Shown one piece after another: positions 20,318 to 30,092 of a DNA stretch of 64,000 nucleotides (its first letter is position 1; the number at the start of each line of letters is the position of its first letter). A program made the translations under genes and the position numbers. The notes below the pieces were generated by a model that saw nothing but the letters and a program-made list of their open reading frames with translations, did no database searches and was not told the DNA's origin. This stretch comes from an uncultured Eggerthella sp. (GTDB taxonomy: Bacteria > Actinomycetota > Coriobacteriia > Coriobacteriales > Eggerthellaceae): NCBI GenBank assembly GCA_900538545.1, contig UPYK01000004.1:30098-94097 (forward strand), in the 5' to 3' direction.

Positions 20318-22135
20318 TTATTCGTCGAGCTCATAAAGGGAAACGCTGCGTTTTTTTCCAAAGGTTTGATAAGCCCTTTCAAACTGCTCAACTTCCCTGA
20401 TCTGCTGGTAGATACTTTCTGGATCTTTGCTAAAAGACCTCGCATTCGAATAATCGAAATACAACAGATCAGGGTTATCTTTTAAATATTGCGCTAAGGT
20501 CTCAGAAGTATTCAAGAGAGGAAGGATATCGTTATAAAGCGTAAACCCATTCTCATATTCTCCTGCGACAATCTTCCCATCTGCAATTTCTCCAAGCTCA
20601 ATCATAGCCTCTTTCTCAGTATAAGTCTGATTAAGAACGTTGTAATTCAAAACTAGACCAGTATTAATAGCAATACAGATCAAAACCGAAGCAAAGAGCG
20701 AACAAACTTGAATCTTGTATTTCTTCGTTAACACACCGCCCGCAAACACCACAACGATTATGCTCGAAAGTATGCAATTGATCAGCAACAACACAACATC
20801 AAAATCAGAATAGTCAAGTCGCGAAAAAGTCGGACTGTTCGCACGGAACAGACGATAATACGTCACATAGATCATTACCACGAGCGAAACAGCCGTCATC
20901 AAGCAGACAGCGATCTTACCAACTGGACTACTTTTGCTGGTTTTGTTCATTTTCGTAAGACCCAAATAGCAACAATAGAACAATAATAGTAGCGTTGGAA
21001 GAATCACAACTGCTTTCCGAAGAACAAAATCATCACTTACAACCGTCTGAGCAAAAAACCCGACCATGGTCATCAGCAACACTAAAATCGGCCCACCTGT
21101 GGCTTTAAAAGCCTGTCTAAACAGAGGGATGAGGCAAACGAATACTATGCCCATTATTGGGAGAAGATAGAATAACGCATTCGACAGGAAAAACGCACGA
21201 ATGTTCCTCAGCAGATTCTCTGCCCCCATTGCATATGCTCCTGCACTTTGTCCCGAGGATTCAAAAATAAGAACGCTGTTTATCGCATTAGCTATCGGCG
21301 TAGTATCCCAGACGCACCAGTAGTAAATACTTGCCAAAAATAAAGCTAGACCAGCACCGATAAGACCAAAAAGGACCAACGACCCGCCTGCACGCTTACC
21401 TTGAGTTGCAAAAACATAAGCAGCATAAGCCAAAACAGGTATGCCGATGAATAGATTCGTCACATAGACGAAAAGAATCGAGGCAAAAGCAAGGAATCCT
21501 ACTAATAGACCCTTCATACGGATCGAAATGCTTGGCTTAATCAAGCAATAGATGATCAGTTGAACCAACAAAAGCCGAGAAATACTTGGCTCAACAGCCT
21601 TGGTTGCATTGAAAAAGACAAAGCTTGCTAGCAAAGCAACGACCAGAAGAAGCGCCATTATTGCGGCATTCTTATCTTCTCTACCATAAGCTTTTCGTAA
21701 CTCATTGATGGTCAAGCAGAAGAGAATCAAGATAAGATAGCCAATAAAGACAACGCCTATTCTCAATCCGAAATAATTATCTCCGAAGATCAATAAAGAT
21801 AACGCTGTGAAAAAATTCCCCACCACATTGCAGATAACATGAGACTGCATAAGGAATTCATATTGCCCGGCATAATAATCATTAGGATTGATCGAGCCAA
21901 AATTGATCAGATTCAATGCAAGGTTCGCATAGGTACCTTCATCTATTGGTTGATAGGCTGCAACACCCCAAGGTGGCAAATCCGATTCGAGAAATAGAAC
22001 ACGAGAAAAATATACCAGAGTTATCAGTGTATAAAACGCAATGCTCTTCCAGTTCTTCTTCATGCTGCCAACCAAACCAGCAGAAGACGACCTAGCATGT
22101 TTCCCATGAGTCTTATGTATCGAAAAGCTATTCAA
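20318..22135 (-). CDS. GT-C-fold membrane glycosyltransferase (PMT/ArnT/GT39-like) with C-terminal soluble domain
   Basis: 605 aa. The N-terminal ~450 aa are polytopic with loop features of dolichyl/undecaprenyl-phosphate-sugar-dependent GT-C enzymes, and the C-terminal ~150 aa are soluble. The start is uncertain: TTG at 22135 or ATG at 22063. Confidence 0.5.
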   Translation of the reverse strand: MNSFSIHKTHGKHARSSSAGLVGSMKKNWKSIAFYTLITLVYFSRVLFLESDLPPWGVAAYQPIDEGTYANLALNLINFGSINPNDYYAGQYEFLMQSHVICNVVGNFFTALSLLIFGDNYFGLRIGVVFIGYLILILFCLTINELRKAYGREDKNAAIMALLLVVALLASFVFFNATKAVEPSISRLLLVQLIIYCLIKPSISIRMKGLLVGFLAFASILFVYVTNLFIGIPVLAYAAYVFATQGKRAGGSLVLFGLIGAGLALFLASIYYWCVWDTTPIANAINSVLIFESSGQSAGAYAMGAENLLRNIRAFFLSNALFYLLPIMGIVFVCLIPLFRQAFKATGGPILVLLMTMVGFFAQTVVSDDFVLRKAVVILPTLLLLFYCCYLGLTKMNKTSKSSPVGKIAVCLMTAVSLVVMIYVTYYRLFRANSPTFSRLDYSDFDVVLLLINCILSSIIVVVFAGGVLTKKYKIQVCSLFASVLICIAINTGLVLNYNVLNQTYTEKEAMIELGEIADGKIVAGEYENGFTLYNDILPLLNTSETLAQYLKDNPDLLYFDYSNARSFSKDPESIYQQIREVEQFERAYQTFGKKRSVSLYELDE

Positions 22136-22176
22136 ATATAAGTTCTACCGATGCCGGCACTACGACTCCAGCTTTA

Positions 22177-23958
22177 TCACCATTCTGGCATAAATGCTTT
22201 CTGTTGTTCGTCTGGCAAGAAGGGATACATCTCTTCCAGCGCTGGGGTTGAAAACGATCCATCTTCTAGCATTTTGCTCATTAGTTTGGGTACGAGCGGA
22301 TCATTGATGCGCTGATCGATCTCCAACAGCACTCTTCCATTGTATTTGGCAAAATCAGCAAGTGTGCTATTAAGTTCCATATTCGTTCGGCAATGCAAAT
22401 ATCCAAACCCGAACAACTCAGCTACAGATTTAAACGATGGAAAGCTCACTCCTGTTTCCTTAGTACATCCGATAAAGAGCCCATCAAAATAATTTAAACT
22501 TGTCTGACGAATTGCACTGTACCCCTCGTTTGCAAAAATAACGATCTTGATGGGCAGATTATAATGGCGAATAGTCTGTAGCTCTTGAAGGTTCATCATT
22601 ATTGTGCCATCACCTGTGACACATATCACTTCACGACCTGATGCAACACAGGCACCAATAGCCGAAGGCAAATCGAAGCCCATCGCCCCTGCGCCGTAAT
22701 TTGTAATGACGCGCTGATCTTTTTTCTCTTTTCCAACTTGAACCTTCACAGAACAAGCAGTGTTCATGCCCAAGCAGACAATTGCATCATCGGACATAAC
22801 ATCATTGAGCTCCTGCCAAAACCGATAGGCGCCAACACGCTCATCATCCTCAGTATTCTTGATTCCCTCGAACGGATCGAGCGCATCATAGACCGTCTGA
22901 CAATAATCCAACCATTGCGAAGGAGCCTCCAGCCTTTGATCGAGATCGTTCATGTTCTGCAGGAATTGTTTAACATCTGTGCATACTACATGGTCAACAC
23001 TAAGGCCTGGCTTCTTCGACTCTGTTTCATCGACATCTACCATGATGATCTTTGCATTTGGTGCAAATTTTTCTTGCACGAACCCTGTCTGCTTAAAACC
23101 AAGACTGTTCCCAACAGCTATTATCAAATCAGCATTCTGAAGAATATAGTTTCCTGCACGAGGTCCAATATTGCCCGATAAGCCAAAGAATAGAGGATGC
23201 TCGTTATAGTAAATATCTGCCACATGTGCCCCGCCCACAATAGGGACATTATTGGCATTGATGAACGCATCGAGCTCATCTAGTGCATCTCCCGCAATTA
23301 CACCCGATCCCACAAGAACGCAAGGGCGTTCCGCGTTCAGAATCTCTTCAACAACATAATCCAACTCTTTATCTGAAAGCGAACTAGGCTCATTGGAGGG
23401 AACGTATTCGACAAGATCGTCAGTTTCGACAAGGGCGCTTTGCACATTAAGCGGAATATCAAGCCAAACAGGCCCTCTGCGACCCTCCATCGCAATCGCA
23501 TACGCTTTCTCGACTTCTGCCTTAATCGTGAGTGGGTCGATTATGGTTTTGGCATATTTTGTCATATTGCGAACAGAAGATACGATATCGCACTCTTGGA
23601 CCCCACGATACCTTAACGGTAAACCCGAACTGTATACTGAGATGTCATATCTGACCTGCCCTGACAGCACAATCATTGGAATACTATCGGTCCAGGCACC
23701 CAATACCCCAGTGATAGCATTCGTAGCGCCAGGACCACTCGTGACACATACAAGTGCAGGCCTTCCACCTATACGTGCGTAGGCATCAGCCGCCATGGAG
23801 CAAGACTGCTCATGATGCATGAAATACTTATTTATGTCATCGTTAAGAGCCAAAGCATTATCAAGATGCATGGCTCCGCCACCGACGACAGCGAAGCAAT
23901 CCGTGACCCCCAAATCGGACAAGGTACTCATCACGATATCGGCTGCACGTTTTTTCAT
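22177..23958 (-). CDS. thiamine-pyrophosphate-dependent enzyme, acetolactate-synthase-large-subunit-like
   Basis: N-terminal TPP_enzyme_N (GVTDCFAVVGGGAMHLDNAL...CVTSGPGATNAITGV), a central domain and a C-terminal TPP-binding domain (GDGTIMMNLQEL). 593 aa. Confidence 0.8.
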   Translation of the reverse strand: MKKRAADIVMSTLSDLGVTDCFAVVGGGAMHLDNALALNDDINKYFMHHEQSCSMAADAYARIGGRPALVCVTSGPGATNAITGVLGAWTDSIPMIVLSGQVRYDISVYSSGLPLRYRGVQECDIVSSVRNMTKYAKTIIDPLTIKAEVEKAYAIAMEGRRGPVWLDIPLNVQSALVETDDLVEYVPSNEPSSLSDKELDYVVEEILNAERPCVLVGSGVIAGDALDELDAFINANNVPIVGGAHVADIYYNEHPLFFGLSGNIGPRAGNYILQNADLIIAVGNSLGFKQTGFVQEKFAPNAKIIMVDVDETESKKPGLSVDHVVCTDVKQFLQNMNDLDQRLEAPSQWLDYCQTVYDALDPFEGIKNTEDDERVGAYRFWQELNDVMSDDAIVCLGMNTACSVKVQVGKEKKDQRVITNYGAGAMGFDLPSAIGACVASGREVICVTGDGTIMMNLQELQTIRHYNLPIKIVIFANEGYSAIRQTSLNYFDGLFIGCTKETGVSFPSFKSVAELFGFGYLHCRTNMELNSTLADFAKYNGRVLLEIDQRINDPLVPKLMSKMLEDGSFSTPALEEMYPFLPDEQQKAFMPEW

Positions 23959-23988
23959 AAGTGATACCCCTGTTCAGTATTAGTCATC

Positions 23989-24900
23989 TTATTGATATCT
24001 TTGTACCCATTCGGGCATCGTCTCTTTTTCAAACTCAATCTGCCGTTTGATACCCTCATTTAATGAGGCAAATTCTGCAGGTAAACCAGTTTCGTCGTTT
24101 AGTCGATTCACTGACGCAGTATATTCTTTGTTCAGGCCTGGACTAGAGACTTGCACGCTCAAATCCGAGTTCATGGCATCTATAACCGTTTGCGCTATCT
24201 CACTCAAGAGCACTGGGGATCCTGATGCCACGTTATAATCACGGTATTGAGGCTTATTGTGAATAAAATAGCCTATGATCTTGGCAAGATCATAGACATG
24301 AAGATAATCGAATTTGCAGTCTTGCCTGATCGTTATATCTCTCCCCAGCAAGATGCTCCGAATACAATGGGTTATGAATTTTGAATCGTGATCATAAGGA
24401 CCAAAGCAAGCAAACAATCGCAAGTTGGTCACGTTATCGCTGCTCTGAGCCAAGGAATTCATGATGAATTTTGCTTCGCCATACGCATCAACAGGAACCG
24501 AATTCGCTACTTCTTCTTCTTCAATCTGTTGAATATCACGACGCTTGTCATATTCCGCGCCTGAGCCCAGATATAAGATATGCGAGCAAGAATTTCGTTG
24601 TCGAAAGATATTCATGAAGCTCTTCAGCGAGGCTTCGAACATATCTTTATCGCCGTCGGCTTCAGGATTCTTAACAGGATTCGGATTTGCTAAATGCACT
24701 ATCACATCTACCTGATGATCATCAACATAACGAGCTATCGCATCTGCGTCGAGTAAATCAAGCTCAGCTCGAGGTGGAGTCAAAAGATTGCAATTCTCGC
24801 CGATAAGGGGTGCAATATTGCGTCCAACAAATCCTGAACCGCCGGTTAGTAATACGACTGGCCGATCTAGAAACTGCCTCTCCTCGGCTTCTTGAATCAT
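23989..24900 (-). CDS. NAD-dependent epimerase/reductase (SDR family)
   Basis: LLTGGSGFVGRNI Rossmann motif. ~300 aa, typical of nucleotide-sugar 4-ketoreductases and epimerases. ATGA overlap with the upstream gene. Confidence 0.7.
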   Translation of the reverse strand: MIQEAEERQFLDRPVVLLTGGSGFVGRNIAPLIGENCNLLTPPRAELDLLDADAIARYVDDHQVDVIVHLANPNPVKNPEADGDKDMFEASLKSFMNIFRQRNSCSHILYLGSGAEYDKRRDIQQIEEEEVANSVPVDAYGEAKFIMNSLAQSSDNVTNLRLFACFGPYDHDSKFITHCIRSILLGRDITIRQDCKFDYLHVYDLAKIIGYFIHNKPQYRDYNVASGSPVLLSEIAQTVIDAMNSDLSVQVSSPGLNKEYTASVNRLNDETGLPAEFASLNEGIKRQIEFEKETMPEWVQRYQ

Positions 24901-25982
24901 AACTTGCCCTCCAAGCGCTGGGTTGCGACCTGCATCTTATTAAGCTCACCAATGTCTATCCAAGAGTTCTCAGGGATGGGGAATACTCCCACTTTTCCGC
25001 CCCCTTGCATACAGCGTTTTACGATATCGGGGAAATCAATCGCCTCTTCTTCCCCAATGCAATCCAAGACATGGGGCTCCACAATATAAACTCCCGTACT
25101 AACGAGGAATGAGAACTCAGGTTTTTCTTTCAAACCTGTTACATATCCATCGTCATCTGTCTCGATAACCCCATAAGGAATAGAAGTGTTGACCATGGCG
25201 CTCACATAAGTGATATCGTCTCCAAGTTCTTTATGGGTCTGATAAGCGCACGCCAGATCATCGTCGATCAAGATGTCACAGTTCGAAACGATAAACGTTG
25301 AGTCTATATGCCCTTTAAGCAAAGCCAGTCCGCCACCCGTACCTCTAAACTCTTTTTCAGTGAGGAAATGTACGGAGTAATCCGTATCGGCCCCTTCAAA
25401 ATACGACTTGACCATGTCGGCCTTATGATTCAGGATGAACCAAACTTCTCTGCACCCTCGAGAATAGAACTGTTCGATGATGCGCTCAGCAATGCTTGTG
25501 TCTCCAATAGGCACCAAAGCTTTAGGCAGGATCTTCGTATAAGGATAAAGACGCGTGCCTTTACCTCCTGCCATAATCACTAGAGGAACGCCAGCTAGAG
25601 CTTCCTCCAACATCATCAAATCGTCTTCACTATTGAATGCCAGCATGAGAAGCTTTTTTGCTTCATCAACAAGAGGATAAACAATATAGGGATGGGTCTT
25701 TTTTGCTGAATTGATCTCAGCTTCAGATTTAAAACAGACTGGGTTTGGGTTCATCGCTTGAACAACAGGACTTGCCAAATCGCCATCTTCTAAGAAAAAA
25801 TGACGCATGTCGCCGTTGGTAAACAGACCCAAAAGACTATTGTCTGAATCAATAACAGCAACAGCAGGAGCATGATTTTTGCTCATAAGCTCTATCGCGT
25901 CACGAACACTTGCGTCTTTGCCAACCGTATTATCTAACCCATTTTGCATAATCTTAATCCTCGAACTTACAGCACTTGCCAA
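24897..25982 (-). CDS. CBS-domain-containing sugar-phosphate nucleotidyltransferase (PtmE-like)
   Basis: Two N-terminal CBS repeats (VRDAIELMSKNHAPAVAVID...) fused to an NTP-transferase domain (LVIMAGGKGTRLYPYTKILPKALVPI). Confidence 0.75.
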   Translation of the reverse strand: MASAVSSRIKIMQNGLDNTVGKDASVRDAIELMSKNHAPAVAVIDSDNSLLGLFTNGDMRHFFLEDGDLASPVVQAMNPNPVCFKSEAEINSAKKTHPYIVYPLVDEAKKLLMLAFNSEDDLMMLEEALAGVPLVIMAGGKGTRLYPYTKILPKALVPIGDTSIAERIIEQFYSRGCREVWFILNHKADMVKSYFEGADTDYSVHFLTEKEFRGTGGGLALLKGHIDSTFIVSNCDILIDDDLACAYQTHKELGDDITYVSAMVNTSIPYGVIETDDDGYVTGLKEKPEFSFLVSTGVYIVEPHVLDCIGEEEAIDFPDIVKRCMQGGGKVGVFPIPENSWIDIGELNKMQVATQRLEGKL

Positions 25983-25991
25983 GCGCGGTTA

Positions 25992-26768
25992 TTACCACAC
26001 TTTCCAAGGAGCACGGCGGCCGGTCCAAAGTTCCTGAAGCTGCTCGCGCTCGCGCTGCGTATCCATGCACTTCCAGAAACCAGGATGACGATAGCAAGAC
26101 AGCTTGCCTTCGTCGGCAAGAACAGCAAGGACATCCTCTTCAAAGACTGAATCATCGCCGCCAATATAGTCGAACACTGCTGGCTCGCAAACCATGAAAC
26201 CGCCGTTGATCACCGAGCCATCAACATTCTTCTTCTCTCTGAAGGTCGATATCTTTCCATTGTCGTCGATATCAAGAATGCCTTTGCTCTGCCCAATCGA
26301 TACACCACTCAGCGTAACGATCGAATCAGATTTCTCGTGCGTCTCGAGCAGTTTCGCTAAATCGATATCTGCAACGCCATCACCGTAAGTGAGCATGAAC
26401 GGCTCATCGTTCACGTACTGCTTGATGCGTTTGATGCGCCCACCGGTCATGGTGCTATAGCCCGTATCAGCCACGGTTACACGCCATGGTTCAGCCTGGG
26501 AGGAATGTACGGTAACTTCTTTTGATCCGCCGCGATAATCGAAGGTGACATCGGTATGCTGCAAGTAATAATCATCGAAGTACTCTTTGATCTTGTGCTG
26601 CTTATAACCTGCACAGATGATGAAGTCAGTAAAACCCTGTGCTGCGTAGATCTTCATGATGTGCCAAAGAATAGGCCTGCTTCCGATTTCGATCATCGGC
26701 TTAGGGCGCAGGTGGCTCTCTTCTGAGATCCTTGTTCCAAATCCGCCTGCTAAGATTACTACCTTCAT
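25992..26768 (-). CDS. rfbF: glucose-1-phosphate cytidylyltransferase
   Basis: VVILAGGFGTRISEESHLRPKPMIEIGSRPILWHIMKIY is near-identical in pattern to enterobacterial RfbF/DdhA. 258 aa. Confidence 0.85.
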   Translation of the reverse strand: MKVVILAGGFGTRISEESHLRPKPMIEIGSRPILWHIMKIYAAQGFTDFIICAGYKQHKIKEYFDDYYLQHTDVTFDYRGGSKEVTVHSSQAEPWRVTVADTGYSTMTGGRIKRIKQYVNDEPFMLTYGDGVADIDLAKLLETHEKSDSIVTLSGVSIGQSKGILDIDDNGKISTFREKKNVDGSVINGGFMVCEPAVFDYIGGDDSVFEEDVLAVLADEGKLSCYRHPGFWKCMDTQREREQLQELWTGRRAPWKVW

Positions 26769-26789
26769 GTGTTTTCCTTTAGCTCCGTT

Positions 26790-27995
26790 TCATCGAACCA
26801 AAACGTGAATATGTTCGTTGATACCTGCCATATTATCGTTCATCTGCTGTAATGAATCAAATCTCATGAATATGATTCCGAGTGCTTTATTCGCACCATC
26901 AAAGGATTCGATCTGCTCGCCTTCTTGTTCATAAAGAACCGTACGATAGACGCTTGGCGAAAGAACCTCATCGATCTCTATACCATCGAAAATGCCGTCT
27001 TGAAGAGAATGCAAGACATGGGTCGCATAGGCGTCATGCGACAGATCGTAATCGAGGTTTTCGGGCGTTTCTCCCATTGCGCAGAGAACGTTAGCTTCAA
27101 CAAGGTCGATTCCCGATGCGTCGCTCAATTGCACGGGAATCATATTGCCCCCTGCACGTGAACCTAGCTCGATGATATAGGGAGTATTCTCTTTTCCCAG
27201 TATCACTTCCACATTCATCTCACCAAAACGTATACCAAGCGTCCTCACGAGACGCTGAAGAGCATCTTTTATGCTCTTCTTTTGCTCAGCAGAAAGGTTC
27301 GTGGGTGTTTTCTTACCTGTCGGAACTAATTCCACAGCCGCATCACGCACGCAATCCATAAGTCCCCAGAAACGAACCTCTCCATCAATAACGAAGATAT
27401 CGCCCCCGATTACGCAAGGGTACTCCTTCTCGATATACTCTTCAGCAATAAGAACACCGTTATTGTTGATCTTATCGGCAGCTTCTACCGCCAAGACGAA
27501 CGATGCCTGGTCTTCAACAATGGAAACGCCTTTGCTTCCTGATGAATCGGTAGGCTTCACCACGATCGGAAGAGTGAAGCTCTGGAGCGATTCCCATGTC
27601 TTTTCTAGGTCGTCTTTTGCCGAGAACGCCATCGAAGCGGGGCAAGGGAAGCCCTGTTGCTTTAGGTGTTCGCGAAAAAGATGCTTCTGAGACATCGTTT
27701 CGACCGCTGAGAGCGGATTGGTCGGCAAGCCCAATTCTTCGGCAACAGCAGCCGCGATAGGACTTGCGGGGTCAGTCGCATACGCCAGAACGCCTTCGAC
27801 GCGCTCCTTACGAGCAACTTCAAGAACAGCATCTCTATCGGTAGTGCTTACCGGATAATAAACATCTGCGATGAATTGCCCTGGATTATCAGGCAGATAA
27901 TCGCAGAGAACCGTACGATAGCCGAGACGCTTCGCCGTCTCGATCGCAATAAGCTGATGAGGCGATCCTCCGAGCATGAGCAAAGATCTAGTCAT
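26790..27995 (-). CDS. ATP-grasp domain ligase
   Basis: LLMLGGSP pre-ATP-grasp region and a PIVVKPTDSSGSKGV ATP-binding block. Start at the ATG at 27995 with a GGAGG RBS 6 nt upstream, 4 nt after the aminotransferase stop; the longer ORF to 28055 is unlikely. Confidence 0.65.
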   Translation of the reverse strand: MTRSLLMLGGSPHQLIAIETAKRLGYRTVLCDYLPDNPGQFIADVYYPVSTTDRDAVLEVARKERVEGVLAYATDPASPIAAAVAEELGLPTNPLSAVETMSQKHLFREHLKQQGFPCPASMAFSAKDDLEKTWESLQSFTLPIVVKPTDSSGSKGVSIVEDQASFVLAVEAADKINNNGVLIAEEYIEKEYPCVIGGDIFVIDGEVRFWGLMDCVRDAAVELVPTGKKTPTNLSAEQKKSIKDALQRLVRTLGIRFGEMNVEVILGKENTPYIIELGSRAGGNMIPVQLSDASGIDLVEANVLCAMGETPENLDYDLSHDAYATHVLHSLQDGIFDGIEIDEVLSPSVYRTVLYEQEGEQIESFDGANKALGIIFMRFDSLQQMNDNMAGINEHIHVLVR

Positions 27996-29130
27996 GCGCT
28001 GCCTCCAACAGGATCTCGCATATCCGGTCAACGTCTTCGAGGGAAAGATCGGCATACAGAGGCAAGGTTATGACCTTAGAAGCTACTCGCTTGGCGATTG
28101 GCGTAGTATCGCTCGAGTACATCTCTCGATAACAGGCAAAATCAGTAACGAGAGGATAGAAATACTTGCGTGCTCCTATGCCCTGTTCGGCCAACTTATC
28201 GAATATCTCATCGCGCGAGGCTCCAAAGGCGTCGGAATCCACCACAACAGGAAGGTAGGCGTAATTGTGTTCCACATTCGCTGGAGGGATACACAAAGAC
28301 AGTCCCGGCACATCTGAAAGAAGTTCGTAATACCTTTCGGCGACCTGTTTGCGTTTCGCTATCTCACTTGCCACGTGGTGCAGATTGCAAAGCCCCATTG
28401 CAGCAGCAAATTCGTTCATCTTCGCATTGCCACCCACAAAATCACACGACTCAGAGTCTTTCATGCCAAAGTTCGCATGACTTACCAGCTCTACTGCAAG
28501 CTGGGGATCCTTAAAAGAAGCTGCTCCACCTTCAATGGTGTTGAACACCTTCGTAGCATGGAAGCTGAACATGCTCGCGTCGCCAAAACGCGCTACCGAA
28601 ACACCATCTTCCTTCACGCCAAAGGCATGCGCCGCATCATAGATGACTTTCAAATCGTATTTTTTTGCAATGCGCTCGATCTGTTCATGATCGCAAAGAT
28701 TCCCGTATACATGGACGGGCACGATCGCGCAGGTGTTCTCCGTAATAAGCGACTCGATCTTCTCAGGGTCGATCGTATAATCGCTCGAACGAATATCGCA
28801 AAAAACCGGCTTGAGACCTTTGCGAGCCAATGCATTGGTCGTGCTCACAAAGGTAAAAGGAGTGGTGATAACTTCATTACGCCCATCATGCCCCAATTCA
28901 AGGGCTTCAACAATGTTTTCGAGCGCCAAATGCCCATTGGTGAAAAGCGCAAGATTTGACGTGTCCAAAAAACCTTGCAAGGCAGTTTCGAGTTCGCGAT
29001 GTTTTTCCCCTCGGTTAGTAAGCCATCTGCTCTCCCAAAGCGACGCTATTTCAGCGCAATACTCTTCATAAGGAGGCATCGAAGGGCGTGTTACTACTAT
29101 CTGCGAACTAGAAATCGGTATCATCCTCAT
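27988..29130 (-). CDS. DegT-family PLP-dependent aminotransferase, probably dTDP-4-keto-6-deoxyhexose 4-aminotransferase
   Basis: DegT/DnrJ family sequence. Positioned between rfbA and the ATP-grasp gene. Start uncertain: ATG at 29130 or 29124. Confidence 0.8.
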   Translation of the reverse strand: MRMIPISSSQIVVTRPSMPPYEEYCAEIASLWESRWLTNRGEKHRELETALQGFLDTSNLALFTNGHLALENIVEALELGHDGRNEVITTPFTFVSTTNALARKGLKPVFCDIRSSDYTIDPEKIESLITENTCAIVPVHVYGNLCDHEQIERIAKKYDLKVIYDAAHAFGVKEDGVSVARFGDASMFSFHATKVFNTIEGGAASFKDPQLAVELVSHANFGMKDSESCDFVGGNAKMNEFAAAMGLCNLHHVASEIAKRKQVAERYYELLSDVPGLSLCIPPANVEHNYAYLPVVVDSDAFGASRDEIFDKLAEQGIGARKYFYPLVTDFACYREMYSSDTTPIAKRVASKVITLPLYADLSLEDVDRICEILLEAAHD

Positions 29131-30025
29131 AAGAATCGGAAAGAAGGCTTCCGCGCACCCTGCGCTCATATACCGCATAGAGATATTGGCCGTAGGGAGA
29201 TTTCGCATATTTGTCGGCTGCGGCTTTCAGGGTATCGCCGTCGATCCAGCTGTTGTTGTAAGCGATCTCTTCTAGCGATGCGATCTGAATGCCCTGGTTC
29301 TTTTCTACAACACGTACGTATTCCGTTGCCGCATAGAGGCTTTCCATGGTGCCAGCATCGAACCAAGCAGAACCGCGATGCAGCAGCTCTACCGACAACG
29401 AGCCATCTTCCAAATACATGCGATTCAGGTCAGTGATCTCAAGCTCCCCACGAGAAGAAGGAAGGATCTGTTTCGCCCATTCAACTGCGCGGCTATCGTA
29501 AAAATAGAGCCCTGTCACTGCATAATTACTTTTAGGATTCTCCGGCTTTTCCTCAAGAGACACAGCCATGCCATCCTCATCGAACTCAACGATGCCAAAA
29601 CGCTGCGGATCAGGGACATAATAGCCGAATATCGTTGCGCCATAGTCTTTTGTTGCAGCTCTCCTCAAGCGAGAAGTTAAGCCGCCACCGTAGAAAATGT
29701 TATCGCCAAGAGTAAGCGCAACAGAGTCATCTCCGATGAAATCCTCGCCGATGAGCAAAGCCTGTGCTAAGCCCTCAGGATCCAGCTGTTCTTTATATGA
29801 CAGACTCACCCCATATTGGGAGCCATCGCCGAGCAAGCGATGGAATTTTGGAAGATCGCGTGGCGAACTGATCACGAGAATATCTCGAATACCCGCCAAC
29901 ATAAGAATCGACAACGGATAGAAGATCATCGGCTTATCGTATACCGGTAGCAGTTGTTTTGAAGTGACCGAAGTGAGCGGATAGAGACGCGTTCCACTGC
30001 CACCCGCAAGAATAATGCCCTTCAT
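29108..30025 (-). CDS. rfbA: glucose-1-phosphate thymidylyltransferase
   Basis: [18 protein letters not shown]...[16 protein letters not shown]-type sequence. Full-length RmlA. Confidence 0.9.
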   Translation of the reverse strand: MKGIILAGGSGTRLYPLTSVTSKQLLPVYDKPMIFYPLSILMLAGIRDILVISSPRDLPKFHRLLGDGSQYGVSLSYKEQLDPEGLAQALLIGEDFIGDDSVALTLGDNIFYGGGLTSRLRRAATKDYGATIFGYYVPDPQRFGIVEFDEDGMAVSLEEKPENPKSNYAVTGLYFYDSRAVEWAKQILPSSRGELEITDLNRMYLEDGSLSVELLHRGSAWFDAGTMESLYAATEYVRVVEKNQGIQIASLEEIAYNNSWIDGDTLKAAADKYAKSPYGQYLYAVYERRVRGSLLSDSYEDDTDF

Positions 30026-30092
30026 CGCGTTCCGCCTAAGTATTTTGCCTGTTTGTATAGCATTTTGTTTCTCTAACCCTGTTGCACACTGG

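Noticed and set aside
28375-28959. 194-aa plus-strand ORF inside the DegT aminotransferase gene, and similar plus-strand ORFs across 1-31 kb
   Set aside because: All are nested antisense to strongly supported minus-strand genes. None has start-site support.
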